From Chiloscyllium plagiosum (taxonomy: Eukaryota), in assembly GCF_004010195.1 (NCBI RefSeq), contig NC_057718.1:47745556-47809555 (forward strand): a stretch of 64,000 nt of DNA, written 5' to 3'. Positions 37,040-50,685 of the stretch are shown here, in pieces. The notes under the pieces were generated by a model. That model saw nothing but the letters and a program-made list of their open reading frames with translations. It had not been told where the DNA came from and did no database searches. Each line of letters opens with the position of its first letter. The first letter of the stretch is position 1. Made by a program: the position numbers and the translations under genes.

Positions 37040-37662
37040 TGCTTTGGTATGCTTTCCTTTATTGGTCAAAGCATTGAGTATGGGAGTTGGGAGGTCATGT
37101 TGCAGCTGTACAGAACATTGGTTAGGCCGCTTTTGGAATATTGTGTGCAATTCTAGTCTCACTCCAATAGAAAAGATGTTGTGAAACTTGAAAGGGTTCA
37201 AACAAGATCTACAAGGATGTTACCAGGGTTGGAGGGTTTGAGCCACAGGGAGAAGCTGAATACGCTTGGGCTATTTTCCCTGGAGCATCAGAGGCTGAAG
37301 GGTGACCTTACAGAGGTTTATAAAATGATGAGGGGCCTGGCCAGGGTAAATAGACAAGCTCTTTCACTTGGGGTGCGAGAGTCTAGAATAGAGGGCATAG
37401 GTTTAGGGTGAGAGGAGAAAGATTTAAAAGGGACCTATGGAGCAACTTTTTCATGCAGAGGGTGGTGCGTGAATGGAATGAGCTGCCAGAGGAAGTGGTG
37501 AAGGCTGATAAAATGACAACATTTAAAAGGCATGGGTCTATGAATAAGAAGGGTTTAGAGGGACATGGGCCAGGTGCTGGCAAATGGGATTAGGATATCT
37601 GGTTGGCATGGACGTGTTGAACCGTAGGTCTGTTTCCATGCTGTACATCTCTATAACTCTAA
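37040..37662 (+). mobile_element. CR1/HER1-type LINE 3' end
   Basis: LERVQTRSTRMLPGL and QRVVREWNELPEEVV motifs; CTCTATAACTCTA tail. Confidence 0.9.
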
Positions 37663-38239
37663 ATAGGGAGCTTTGAGCAGGGAACATAGCCCCTGTGGCC
37701 CAAAGGTCTTGCCATATGAATTTCCTGTTCAACCCTCCATCATTTGGATTTCTGTTTTTATTAGTTGGCGGCACCCTGAGATGTCTAGCCTATAGCATAG
37801 TAGGCTCTATAATGGACAGTGAGCTCACTGGCAGCCAATTAAGAGGCCTACTGTGATAAAATGGTCAATCTGGTCCTGTTGCTGGCAATATAGAAATCAG
37901 TTTTTGCCCGACAACTGGGATGCAAAAGATTGTGGTAAAATCATGCCAATTAAAGCAGGTGTCAGCCATTCTGCCTCTCAAACATGATATATTATTCTCT
38001 TAAAATTAAGATTTTGATCAGCTATGATCTGCCTATCTGCATTGATTCTGTCATGTTTAATACTGTTTAATGAACAAAAATCTTAATTTTGCAGCCATTC
38101 TACCTGCTTGGCTTGGATATCAGTGACCAAATTTCAAGAAAATCTTGGTAGAAATTATGGGATTATGATGAAGAAAAGGCAAAATATTGTCGATAGTGAG
38201 AATCTGGAAGATAAAACTAAGAATAGTGGAATTTCTTTT

Positions 38240-39065
38240 ATATTCATCCAGGTGGTGTGGGCTCCTCTGATCGGGCTAATATTAATCGCAAATCCCTAAT
38301 TTCCCTTGAGAAAATGGTAGTGAAGTGCCTTCTTGAACCTCTGCAGTTCCAAGGCTGGAAATTTTAGAATTTTGACCCAGTGACAGGAAAGGGAAGTCAA
38401 TATATTTCCAAGTCTGGATGGTGAGCAGAATTTGCAAATGATGGTGTTCCCGTGTACCTACTATCCCACTACTTGGAATAATAGTGGCCATGGGTTTGGA
38501 AGTTGCTGTCTAAAGATCCTTGATGAATTTATGGACTGCATCTTATATATGGTAGACACAGCTGCTGTGTTGCATCAGTAGTGGGGGGAGTGATTGCAAC
38601 AAATCCACAATCAGCAGGCTGCTTAATTCTGGATGGTATGAAACGTCTTGAGTGTTATTGGAGGTGTACTCATTCAGGCAAGTGGGGAGCATTCAAACAC
38701 ACTCATGACTTATGCTTATAGATGGACAGGTTTTGGGGAGTCGGGAGGTCAGTTACTCGCTGCAGTATTTCGAGCCTCTGACCTGCTCATGTAGCCACTG
38801 TGTTTATGTGGTGAGTCCAGTTGAGTTTCTGTCAATGGTAACCCCAAGGATATTGATACTGGGGGTGTCAGTGATGCTAACACCAATTAATATCAAAGGG
38901 AGACAGGAGATGGATTCCTAGCCCAAATTCAGTTTCTGATTAATAGCAACCCCAATATGTTGATAGTTGGGTACTCAATAATGACAATGCCATTGAATAT
39001 CAAGAAGCAGTGGTTGGATTCTCTCTTATTTGAGATGGTCATTGTCTGGCACGACTGTTACTTAG
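38240..39065 (-). mobile_element. Second LINE family, 3' portion
   Basis: Homologous to 16600-17300. Confidence 0.7.
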
Positions 39066-40786
39066 CAGGTCTGACATTTTTGGAGAGAGAAAAATATGTG
39101 CCTTCATCAAAATATCGTAATCTTACAGATGATTATCAGGTTTTAAGCTAGTACAGAGAAAAGAAGGTGGGTGGGGAGTTGAGGCTAGAAGAAAGAACTA
39201 TAGGGAAGGCCAGTGGTATGGAGAAAGGTAGGAGAGATTAAATGATCTACAACATCAATTAAAGCAAGGAAGCAAACCAAAATAATGAGAGTAGTACTTA
39301 CAGTCCAAAATTATTGAACTCTCTCTGGAAAGTTGGACAAGTGCCTCATTGAAAGATGTGGTGCTGTTTCATAAGCTTCCATTGAGTCACATTTGTTTGG
39401 TCTATCCTTTGGCCTTTCAATACATGCCTTTACAATGCAAGTTCTGCGGCCTAGAACAAAATTACACTGCAATTTCCAGTTTCTAGATTAGCCACTGCTG
39501 TGGCAAAATAAAAAGTACAGACTTCAGTTAGGAGCATTCTACATGCAGATTCATATTTCAACAACAACTATTTGCATTTTAACATAGCAAAACATTCCAG
39601 TTAGTTTCATCGCAATGTTATCAAATTAAATTTGACTGTGAACTACACAGCAGATACGATATATGATTAATCGGTAGATTTTAAGGAGTGGCATAAAGAA
39701 AGATAGCAATATGGAGAGGATTGGAGAGGGAATTCCAGTATACAGAGCCTTGTCAGATGAAAGTGGAATATTAAATGACATTAATGGCAGAGTCATTAAG
39801 ATCAGGGATATGCATGAGTCCTAATTGTGAAAAATGTTCAGCTCTTGAGTGTGAGGGGGAAGTGGGTTTGCAGGTTTAGAGGATGATCTTATAGGTAGGG
39901 AGGAATAAGACCATGGAAAGATTTGTAAACGTAATTGGGAGTTGTACAAACTAAGTATTGCTGAACTGGAAATCAATGTTGTTTAACAAGTACTGGAGTA
40001 AGGCATGAATGGGATTTGGTGTGATTTAGGATACAGGTTTCAAAGTTTTAGAATGTTTGGTAGATCAACTGGGAGAACTGTTTTATCACATAAAAAAAAT
40101 TAGATAAACCCCATGATGTTGGCTGCTTTAAAATGTGTTTTGAAGCCTAAACTGATTACGCAAAAAGAGTTTTACTACAAGCATACCGTAGTTTGGGACA
40201 TTATAATCTTTGACCTTTAACCATTATCAGTTTTATGGTTTTTTTTGTGCACTCATGCTTTACCTGTGCAGATTCCAATCCATATTATCCAACTTATTCC
40301 TTCATCCAAGTGTTTCATTTGCTATGGAAAGCTCTTTTCTAAGTTCAGTCAAAACTGTTCCTGCACAGAGTTAAGGGCCTTGTTTACTGAAAGTCAATAA
40401 CCATAAAAGATATGATCACATTATGTCTTTGTTAAGATTGCTGTGCTAAATTGCTTTAGTTTATCGTTAACCATTGTCAGTGGCAATCAACCAGTCTAGT
40501 AATTGTGATGAACAAAAAAACTTTGTATGTATCTATCTTTAAAAGGCAGAGAATCTAAATTGGAATTCTTTTTGCCATGCCACTGCCATCATCATTATAT
40601 TAATACAATATTTTGTGAGTGCCATGAGGCAGCACCAATCAGACTGTTCATTGACTGCACTCATCAGCATTGTACTAGCAAACTAAAATTACTTAAAGCT
40701 GGCCTGCACCTACTAAAACAGAGGGAAGGTGCATTGTGGTTGCTGGTGTGGACATAATTTAGAATAGTGCTGTGCAAGAAGCGAAA

Positions 40787-41370
40787 ATGGCTGACCATAG
40801 GAGAGAGCATACATCAAGACTCTTGGACACTGGAGGTCAGTGGAAGATCTGGGCAATGGGAAGACATCTGAACATGTTATGAGAATGCAATGAGAACAGA
40901 TTACCATGGAAGTACATGCCAATAGTTTATTTCTAAGCAGTTGAATGCAGTGCTGCAAGAAATTTAATGACCTCACACCCGTCGTCAACTCAGTAAACAC
41001 ATGTTAAGTTATTTCTTCCAAGCTGCATCATTAGCCACAGCCAATGCTTAATTCAGTACACCTCAATCAGTCGCATACCAACCATTTCAATTAATCATGA
41101 TTCATTCCCAACATTCATATTTTTCACCTCACGCTGTCATATTTGGCAATGTTCAAAGTTACACACACACACACACACACACACTCAACTCATGCTTTAC
41201 ACATACAGCAAGTTTCAAGCATGATAACCACGTTGCTGAAACAGATTGCAGAAAACACTGGCGTACTTCCTTCTCTCTTGCAACCTGCAGCGGCAGGAAC
41301 TAACCAGAGTGGGCAGGTGGACCACACATCATAAACTCTATGGAGGAAACAGTTCTGGCCAATCTTGGAA
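40787..41370 (+). pseudogene. Harbinger-type Myb/SANT-like DNA-binding protein remnant
   Basis: MADHRREHTSRLLD ... MQ*EQITMEVHANSLFLSS*MQCCKKFNDLT matches W.QIA.EV.A.S...RTW.QCRKKFNDL, with the Trp codons decayed to TGA. Downstream INSMEETVLANLG. Confidence 0.65.
41161..41184. repeat. (AC)12 microsatellite
   Basis: Direct reading. Confidence 0.95.
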
Positions 41371-41589
41371 ACACTTGCTCTGGTGAGGTTGTGTCTAGCA
41401 GCAAGCGTGAATCAAATATATGTGAAGGTGTTCTCAAATTGAATCGTCCCTTTCATCCTACTTTCTCTTCATTCCACAATCACTTGTGACTTACATGCTT
41501 CTGCGGCTGTACTTAATTTTCCTTCTCTCCTCATCAAGCATTTCATGTCTCCATCTTTCCTTTTAGATAAACAGAAATTGTGCTTGTTT

Positions 41590-43745
41590 ATTCATTAATA
41601 GATTGTGATTTTGTTGATTAGGGCAGCATTTATTATCCATCCCTAACTGCCCTGGAAAGGTGAGGATACACACAGTGCTATTAGGAAGGGAGTTCCAGGA
41701 TATTAATGCAGCAACAATGTAGCTATGGTGATGTATTTCCAAGTCAAGATAGTGTGTGGTTTGGAAGGGTACTTAGAGGTGCTAGTGTTCCTTTATATCT
41801 GGTCCCCTTGTACTCGTAGGTGGTAGAGTTCATGGGTTCGGAAGGTGCTGTTAGAGAAGCTTTGGTGATTTACTGCAGTGCATCTTGTAGATGGTATTTA
41901 CTGCTGCTACAGTGCATTGATGGTAAAAAGAGTAAGTGTTGAAAGAGAGGCATGGAATGCCAGTCAAGTGGGCTGCTTTATCCCAGACAATGTAAAATTT
42001 CTTGAGTAATATAAGAGTTGCACTGATCCAGACTGGTGAAGAGTATTCCATCACATTCCTAACTTGTAGCTTGTAGATGGTGCATTGACATTGGGGAGAT
42101 TGGAGTGAGTTGCTAGTCACAGAATTTGCAGTCTCTGACCTTATCTTGTAGTCACAATACAGTATTTATATGGCTGGTCCAGTTCCCCTCTGGTCAATGT
42201 TAACCCCAGGATGTTGATAGCAATTGTTTTGCCATTGAACATGAAAGGCCAATCATTAAGAGTTCTCTTGTTGAAAATGGTTTTTGCCTGGCACCTGTGT
42301 GGCACAAATTTTGCTTGCTACTTAGCAGCCCCAGCCTGAATGTTGTTCAGATCTTACTGTTTATGGACACAGACTGCTTCAGAATCTGTGTTGCTGCATA
42401 CGTTACTGAATTTTATGCACTCATCAGCGAACATCCCCACTTCTGACCTTTTGATAGAGGACATATCAGCTGAAGATGTTTCAGTCTAGAACACTACCCT
42501 GAGAAACTCCTATAGTACTTGTAGATAATTGAATTCCAAAACCATAACTACCTTCCTTTTATGTTAGGTATTAGGCAAGAACTTCCAAAAGTTGATTGGG
42601 GCCAGATATTTGTCGGTAAAAGGATGATGGCTGGAAAGTGGGAAGCTTTCAGAAATGAGATAACAAGAGTCCAGAGATGGTATGTCCCTGTTAGGATGAA
42701 GGGCAAAGCTGGTAGATGTGCAGATGACTCGATGACCCTTCTTCAGAACCCCATGTCAGACCTACTAAGTTTCTCCAGCAAATTCTTCTTAAATTTCCAG
42801 CATCTGAAGTTCTTTATTTTAATTTATTCCTTTGAAAGCCTCACTCAATAGCACTGTCAACAGGCCTGATTGTCACTTTGAAGATAAAAGGTAAACTGAT
42901 AGTACAATAAATGGTTGGGTTGGATTTAGCCTTTTTTTGGATTACCTGAGCAATTTTGCACATTGTTGGGAAGATGCCAGTTTTGTACCTGAACTATAAC
43001 TGCTTGGTTAGGAGCATGCCTAGTTCTGGAACAATTTATTCAGTAGTATTGCCAGAAGGTTATCTGGGCCATAGCCTTTCAGTATTCATTGCCTTCAGCC
43101 ATTGTTTGATGTCACACGGAGTGAATTGAAATGGTAGAAGACTGGTATCTATGATGCTGGTGACCTCGGGAGGAGGCTGAGATGGATCATCTACATGACA
43201 TTTCTGGCTGAAGATTGTTGTGAATGCTCTCACTTTGTCTTTTGCATTGATGTGCAGGGCTCCCCCATCTTTGAGGATGTAATTACTTATGAATCTGCTT
43301 CTTCTGTTAATTGTTTATTGACCACTGTTAATTGTTTATTTGACCATGGACAGGACATCACATGTGGCAGGACATCACATCACTCTGATGTTGTTATCAG
43401 GTTGCTTAGCCCTGTCTTTTGCTGCTTCCAATGTTTTGGCATGGAAGTAGTCTTGTAGTACAGCTTTACAGAGTTGAAACTTTATTTTTAGCTGGTACTA
43501 CTCCTGACATGCCTTACGGCACTCTTCATTAAACCAGGCATGTTTTCTCAGCTTGTTGGTAATTTTTGAGTGGGAAGTATGTGTGGCCATGAGGTTACAG
43601 ATTGTGGTTGAATACAATTCTGCTGCTGCTGAAAACCTTTGGTGCCTCATGGATGCCCAATTTCAAGTTGCTAGATTGTGCAAAGTCTGTCAATTTGGCA
43701 TGGTGGTAGTGCCACACAAGATGGGGGATATCATAAATGTGAAGG
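41590..43745 (-). mobile_element. Second LINE family, longer decayed copy with nested fragments
   Basis: TIYKLQVRNVMEYSSPVW motif at ~42030-42085. Interrupted at ~42562-42720 by a CR1 fragment and at ~42725-42815 by a PLE fragment. Confidence 0.65.
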
Positions 43746-44147
43746 TCGGATTTGGATGTGAATATAGGAGGTATGGTTAGTAAATTTGCAGATGATACCA
43801 AAGTTGATGATGCAGTGGACAGCGAAGAACGTTACCTCAGGGCAGAATGTCACCTTGATCAGATGGCACTGGTTCCCCTGTATTCCATGTGATCTAATTT
43901 TGTTAACCAGTCTACCATGTGTAAGCTTGTCAAAAGCCAGATAGGTTTTTTATAAAATTGACTGTGGTTATATGTGGCCATCATTAAGCTTATTTTTTAA
44001 TTCCAGATCTTTTTAACTTTGAATTCAAATTCTTTGTTGTGGTGGTGGGATTCAAATTCATTTCCCCAGAACACGAGGTTAGGATGTCAAGAAATAGCAG
44101 AGGAACTGGATATTGCAACAGTTACTGGCCCTAATAACATTCTGGTA

Positions 44148-47100
44148 AGAGTTATACAGATGTACAGCATGGAAACAACCTTCGGTTCAACTCGTCCATG
44201 CCGACCAGGTATCTTAAATTAAACTAATCCCATTTGCCAGCATTTGGCCCACATCCCTCTCCTTATCCCACATTCCTATTCATGGAGGTATTCAGATACC
44301 TTTTAAATGTTGTAATTGTACCAGCCTTCACCACTTCCTCTTCAGCTCATTCCGTACATGCACCATCCACCCTCTGCATGAAAATGTTGCCCATGAGGTC
44401 CCTTTTAAATCTTTCCCCTCTCACCTTAAACCTATGTCCCCTAGTTTTGGATTCACCCACCCTGGGGAAAATCTTTGACTATTCACCCTATCCAAGCCCC
44501 TCGTGATACTAAAAACCCCTGTAAATTCCCCCCTCAGCTTCTGACACTCCAGAGAAAATAACCTCTCCTTATAGCTAAATCCCTCCAATCCTGGCAACAT
44601 CCTTGTAAGTTATTTCTGAACCTTTTCAAATTTAACACAAATCTTTCCTATAGCAAGAAGACCAGAACTGAAAACAGTATTCCAAAAGTGGCCTAAGCAA
44701 TGTCCTGTACAGCCGCAGCATGACCTCCCAACTCCTATAGTCAATGCACTGATCAATAAAGGTGAGTGTACCAAATGTCTTCTTCACTACCTTACCTACC
44801 TGTGACTCCAGTTCCAAGGAACTGAACCTGCACTGCAAGATCCCTTTGTTCAGCAACACTCCCTAAGACCTTACATTCAGTATATAAGTCCTGCCCTGAT
44901 TTGCCCTCCCAAAATGTAGCATCTCACATTTATCTAGAATAAACTCCATCAGCCACTCCTTGGCCCATCGGCCCATTTGATCAGGGTCCCATTCTACTCT
45001 GAGGTAACCTTCTTGGCATCCACTGCACCGCTAACTTTGGTATCATCTGCAAATTTACTAATCGTACCTCCTTATATTCACATCCAACTCATTTATGTAA
45101 ATGACAAAAAAAACAGTGGACCCGGCATTAATCCCTGTGGCACACTGCTGGTCACAGGTCTCCAGTCCAAAAGGCAACCCTCCACCACCACCCTCTGTCT
45201 CCTACCTTCTAGCCAATTTTGTATTCAAATGGCTAGTTCTCCCTATATTCCTGTTAACCAGTCAACCATGTGGAATCTTGTCATATGCATTACTGAAGTC
45301 AATATAGACAACATTCAACGCTCTGCATTCATCGATCATCTTCGTAACTTGGTCTAAAACTCAATCAAGTTTAGTGAGCCACAATTTCCCATGCACAAAG
45401 CCACATTGACTATCCCAAATCATTCCTTGCCTTTCCAAATACATGTAAATCCTGTCTCTCAGAATCCCCTCCAGCAACATGATGTCAGGCTTACTGGTCT
45501 ATAGTTCCCTATCTTTTCCTTACCACATTTCTTAAATAATGGCACCACATTAGCCAACCTGCAGTCTTCCGGTACCTTATCTGTGGTTATCAATGATGCA
45601 AATATCTCAGCGAGAGGCCCAGCAATTACTTACCTAGCTTCACACAAAGTTTTAGGGTACAATTGGAGGTGTAGTAGACAGCGAAGAAGGTTACCTCAGA
45701 TTACAAGAGGATCTTGATCAGATGGGCCAATGGGCTGAGAAGTGGCAGATGGAGTTTAATTCAGATAAATGCGAGGTGCTGCATTTTGGGAAAGCAAATC
45801 TTAGCAGGACTTATACACCTTAATGGTATGGTCCTAGGGAGTGTTGCTGAACAAAGAGATCTTGGAGTGCAGGTTCATAGCTCCTTGAAAGTGGAGTCGC
45901 AGGTAGATAGGGTAGTGAAGAAGGCGTTTGGCATGCTTTCCTTTGTTGATCAGAGTACAGGAGTTGGGAGGTCATGTTGCGGCTGTACAATACATTGGTT
46001 AGGCCACTATTGGAATATTGCGTGCAATTCTGGTCTCCTACCTAACGGAAAGATGTTGTGAAACTTGAAAGGGTTCAGAAAGAATTTACAAGGATGTTGC
46101 CAGGGTTGGAGGATTTGAGTTATAGGGAGAGGCTGAACAGGCTTGGGCTGTTTCCCAAGGAGCTTTGGAGTCTGAAGTACCCCTTATAGAGGTTTACAAA
46201 ATTATGAGGGGCATGTATAGGATAAATAGACAAAGTCTTTTCCCTCGGGTCGGGGAGTCCAGAACCAGAGGGCATAGGTTTAGGGTGAGAGGGGAAAGAT
46301 ATAAAAGAGACCTAAAGGGCAACGTTTTCACACAAAGGGTGGTATGTGAATGGAATGAGCTGCCAGAGGATGTGGTGGAGGTTGGTACAATTGCAAATTT
46401 AAAAGGCATTTGGACGAGTATATGAATAGGAAGGGTTTGGAGGGATATGGGCTGGGTGCTGGCAGGTGGGACTAGATTGGGTTTGGATATCTGGTCGGTA
46501 TGGACAGGTTGGACTGAAGGGTCTGTTTCCATGCTGTACATCTCTATGACTCTATGACTCTATCTGATGTGGTCCCGGGGATTTGTCCATTTTTATGCAT
46601 TTTAAGACGTCCAGCACCTCCTTCTTTGTAATATGGATATTTTTCAACATATCGCTATTTAGTTCCCCAAGTTCTCTAGCTTCCATATCCTTCTCCACAG
46701 TAAACACATATGCAAAATGACCATTTAATATCTCACCCATCTCCTCTGTTTCCACGCATTGGTAGTCTTGCTGATCTTGAAGGGGCCCTATCCCTCCCTA
46801 GTTACCCATTTGTCTTTTAATGTATTTGTAGAATCCCTTTGGATTCTCCTTTACCCTATTTGCCAAAATTATCTCATGTCTCCCTTTTTCCCTCCTATTT
46901 TCCCTCTTAAATGTACTCCTACTGATCTTATAATCCTTGAGGGATTCACTTGATCCCTGCTGTATATACCTGACATATGCTTCCTTCTTATTCTTGACCA
47001 AAACCTCAATTTCTCTAGTCATCTAGCATTCCTACATCTACCAACCTTGCTCTTCACCCTAACATGAACATATTGTCTCTTGACTCTTGTTATCTCAGTT

Positions 47101-47192
47101 TTGAAGGCCTCCCACTTGCCAGTTATCCCTGTCCCTACAAATATCCACCCCAATCAACTTACGAAAGTTCTTGCTGAATACTGTCAAAATTG
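44148..47192 (-). mobile_element. CR1-type LINE ORF2 (RT), interrupted at 45661-46561
   Basis: RT motifs (PQGLMPGP.F, SKFADDTKV) and LYRTLLRPLLEYC. Colinear across the insertion. Confidence 0.9.
45661..46561 (+). mobile_element. CR1/HER1-type LINE 3' end nested in the opposite orientation
   Basis: EQRDLGVQVHSSLKVESQVD motif; tail of octamer repeats CTCTATGA. Confidence 0.92.
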
Positions 47193-47519
47193 ACCGACTA
47201 AAGACAAACTCCACAGGTTGCTGTATTTTTAGCCAAGCTATTCCAAGACAGCTACAAAATGGGCATCTCTCCAACAATGTAATAAGTTGCCCAGATATAT
47301 ATCCTGCACATACAAAGCAGGACATATCCAACTCAGCCAATCACCTCCCCATTAGTAAAGTATGGAAGGGGTCATCCATATTGTTAGCAAGCAGCACTCA
47401 CCTGGCAATAACCTGCTCACTGACATTCAGTTTTTCAATTCTTACTTTCATCTTTCGGACACGTTGGACCGAAGGGTTTGTTTCCATATTGTATATCTCT
47501 ATGACTATGACTCTAATAA

Positions 47520-48150
47520 TGAATTTTTCAAATATGATAAATTCTTACTATTATCAGAACAGATTTATGAATGCGACAGGATCACCGATATGGTAGTATC
47601 TAGTATGCAGGATACTTTCAGCTGATGCAGAGAATATAAGAGCAGGGAAGTTGTGCTAAATCTTTGCAAACACTGGTTTAGACTACAGCTGCAATACTCC
47701 ATCTCTTTCTGATCAGCATATCATGCCAGAGAAAATGCAGCGAAGATTTACAAGGGTAAGTCTGGAGAACTCTAAGTCTGGAGAAAGATTGTGTAGGCTG
47801 GGATTGCTTTCTTTGGAACAGAGCAGGCTAAAAGGAGATTTAATTGAGGTCCATAAAATTGTGTGAGTCTAGTTGAAGTGGATTGGAAGAACCTGTTCCC
47901 TTTTGCAGAGACATCAATAAACAGGGACATAGATTTAAAGTAATTGACAGAAAAGTTAGAGGTAGGAGAATATTGTTCATCCAGAGGATGGTGGAGTCTG
48001 GCCTGAAATGATGGTAGAATCAGAAACCTTCAGTACTATTTTTAAAATATTAATTGAATATACAATTCAAGAGCCATTATCCCTACTGGGTTATGAACAA
48101 CATCTGAAAAGTTAAAATAAGCTGGAGATATAATGGGTCTTTTGTGTTGT
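47520..48150 (+). mobile_element. Old CR1-type LINE 3' remnant
   Basis: Decayed similarity to the ORF2 C-terminus. Confidence 0.6.
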
Positions 48151-48469
48151 ACATGTGTATGTTTTTATAATACAATTAAATCTGACATGAAATATTTGTT
48201 TAACGTCTCTCACGTTTCCTTATTCCCAATAGAATTTTCCTGTCTCATCTTCTAGGCAACCCAAGTTCCCTTTTGTTATTATCTTCCTGTTTACATACTT
48301 ATAGAAGCTCCCAAAATCTATTTTTATATTTCTTTAGTTCTTTAGTTCTGGGATTTATATATTAAAGAACCGAAATGAGCAAACTCATTCTAAAAGATGA
48401 AAGCATTAATCTAGATTGATCATTTCAGCTGCATGACACTAATCTTTTGCTATAAATTCTTTGTCTTAC

Positions 48470-48607
48470 GGTCCTGCTTCACAACCACCTGAAAAAGGAG
48501 CAGCGCTTTGAAAGCTGGTGCCTCCAAATAAACCTGTTGGATTATTACCTGGGGTTGTGTGATTTTCAACTTTCCCCACCCCAGTCCAACACGGGCTCCT
48601 CCAAATT
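48470..48607 (+). mobile_element. Penelope-like fragment (family A) with a decayed hammerhead at 48486-48520
   Basis: CAC-CUGAAAA-A-GGAGC(AGC)GCUUU-GAAA-GCUG-GUG; core and cleavage site are mutated. Confidence 0.7.
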
Positions 48608-48929
48608 ATTTATATTTCTTGATTGTTTGCTAGAAAGAAGGGAATGGATTGGGATAAAAATCAGACTTGACAGTGGACATGCAAGGAGAGGGCGGAGTAA
48701 CAGGAAATAAAAGCAGTTGTAACAGCAGATCTGCAGGGGAGTAATATAAACATCAAAAAAAGGAGGCCTGAGAAAAACCCTTTGAGAGAACAAGCAGTGA
48801 TAGGTAAGGGAAGTCTGAGAGTAGATATGCAGGACACTAAGCAGAACAACAATACGTAATACTGGACCAAAGAGCAGAACAGCAGGAGATTGAGTGAACA
48901 GCAGGAGGTTGAGGGGGCTAGTGAAAGAT

Positions 48930-49462
48930 CGTAAGATATAGGAGCAGAAATTAGGCCATTCAGCCCACCAAGTCGTTTCTGTCATTCAATCATGGCTGAC
49001 CAGTTTCTCAACTCCGTTCTCCCACTTTCTCCCCGTAACCCTTGATCCCTTTGGAAATCAAGAACCTATCATCTCAGTCTTAAATATACTCAATGAGCTG
49101 GCCTCCACAGCCTTCTGTGGCAATGAATTCTATAGATTCACCACTCTCTAGCTGAAGAAGTTTCTCCTTATCTCCATTCTAAAATGTCTTCCCTTTACTC
49201 TAAGGCTATGCCCTCAGATCCTAGTCTCTCCTACAAATGGAAACATTTACTTTGTCCAGCCATTCAGTATTCTGTATGTTTCAATTAGATCCCTCCTCAT
49301 CCTTCTAAACTCCATCGAGTATAAACCCAGAGGCCTCAAAGGTTCCTCATATGTTAAGCTTTTGATTCCTGGGACTTTCTTGTGAACTTCCTCTGAACAC
49401 ACTCCAGGGCAGTTCATCCTTTCTGAGATATGAGGCCCAAATCTGCACACAATACTCCAAAT
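48930..49462 (-). mobile_element. CR1-type LINE (second subfamily), 3' end
   Basis: LTYEEPLRPLGLYSMEFRRMRRDLIETYRIL. Confidence 0.85.
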
Positions 49463-49627
49463 TTGTAGGGGAGCAGAGGTAATGTTTCAATGTTTCCACT
49501 AAGTTCTGAGTACTTAGCTCAAGGAAGAACTGGTTAGATTTTGGACAAAATCATAGATCCGTTTTAAAAATATTTGTTAATATTGGGATATGGAGCAAAC
49601 TGACTTTTTTTTTAGGATTGTTTACTG

Positions 49628-50685
49628 TGTTATGGATAGTCTCTCAGCTGCTGTGTTGGAAATTGTCACAACTGTCAAATGTCAGCAGAGTTTTCCCAGT
49701 AGTTTGCTGAATGTGGATTAACTTGAAGCTTCCTCAGTGAAATAGAAGCTGTTAATAAAAAACATCTTTGTATTTTTAGCTTTTGTGATAGAAGGACTCT
49801 AATACTGTTGTCATTGTTTTTGGATGATTTTAAAAAGAGAGATAGATTGATGTGGGTTAGTTCTATGAAGCCTTTTGAAAAGAAAGGATCAGCAAGTTAT
49901 TCTGATGCAATAACCTAATTCCAGCATTGCTCAAAAAGTGCAAGACTGCAGACCATTCTGATGTTAATAGATTGATGTTTATACTTTTGAGCTTATGACA
50001 AGCAATGAAAACACATTAAAGCCATTAACTTTATTTCCATTTCAGTTCAGAAGCACCAAAGATTGAGTTCTGAAACAAGTCTTTCAGTTCAGTTCAGAAA
50101 ACATCTGACTTCATTTTAGAAGTAAGTTTCAGTTTCTCTTCATGTAGGAGTTTTTCTTTTTAGTTCAGTTCAAGGGAAGCAAGCCAATTGCCTGAGTATA
50201 AGTATCTAGTTTGAGAACCTTCAGGCCAAGCGAGTTTGGATTGAAATCTATACATTGTTAAAGTTGAAAAAGGTTTGGCCCTCAAATTTGTGAAATGTTT
50301 TTGACAACAGACTTACAGAGGAAACCTAAAACTATCTCCATAATCCTTGGGAAAGAACCTGGAAGGAGTCATTTAAGTAGAAACCTGAAGGGTTGAGATA
50401 CCTGTGGACTTGAGTCTGTGTAATGGATATTGCAGGGAAACAGGCTGAAATTTGGATTTGATGTTTCTTTTAAGATCATTTGAACTGTTTATATATACAT
50501 ATTTATTTTCTTTCTTTTGAGTAATAGATTTATGTTCTCTTGTAATAGAGCATATGCAGCTTTTGTGAAATCTTTCACTGACTAACTGCCATTTCAACTA
50601 AATAAATAAAATAAAAGATTTATCAAGCCAGATTTGACTCTGGGTTCTGACTTGTCCAGAAGTGCCATCAGCTGGGATCATAACA
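49628..50685 (+). mobile_element. Probable solo LTR (left boundary uncertain)
   Basis: TGTTATG...CATAACA termini and AATAAA at ~50600-50615. The 3' end resembles the 24334 LTR end. No direct TSD at this left boundary. Confidence 0.4.

Noticed and set aside
28851..48520. Functional hammerheads at 28851-28888 and 48486-48520
   Set aside because: Essential core residues are mutated (GAAA to AAAA; CUGAUGA to CUGAAAA with a UG cleavage site). Kept only as fossils.
48718..50685. Longer LTR defined by a CAGT duplication (48714-48717 and 50686-50689)
   Set aside because: A 4-bp match can arise by chance, and 48718-48930 does not look LTR-like. The left boundary is unresolved.
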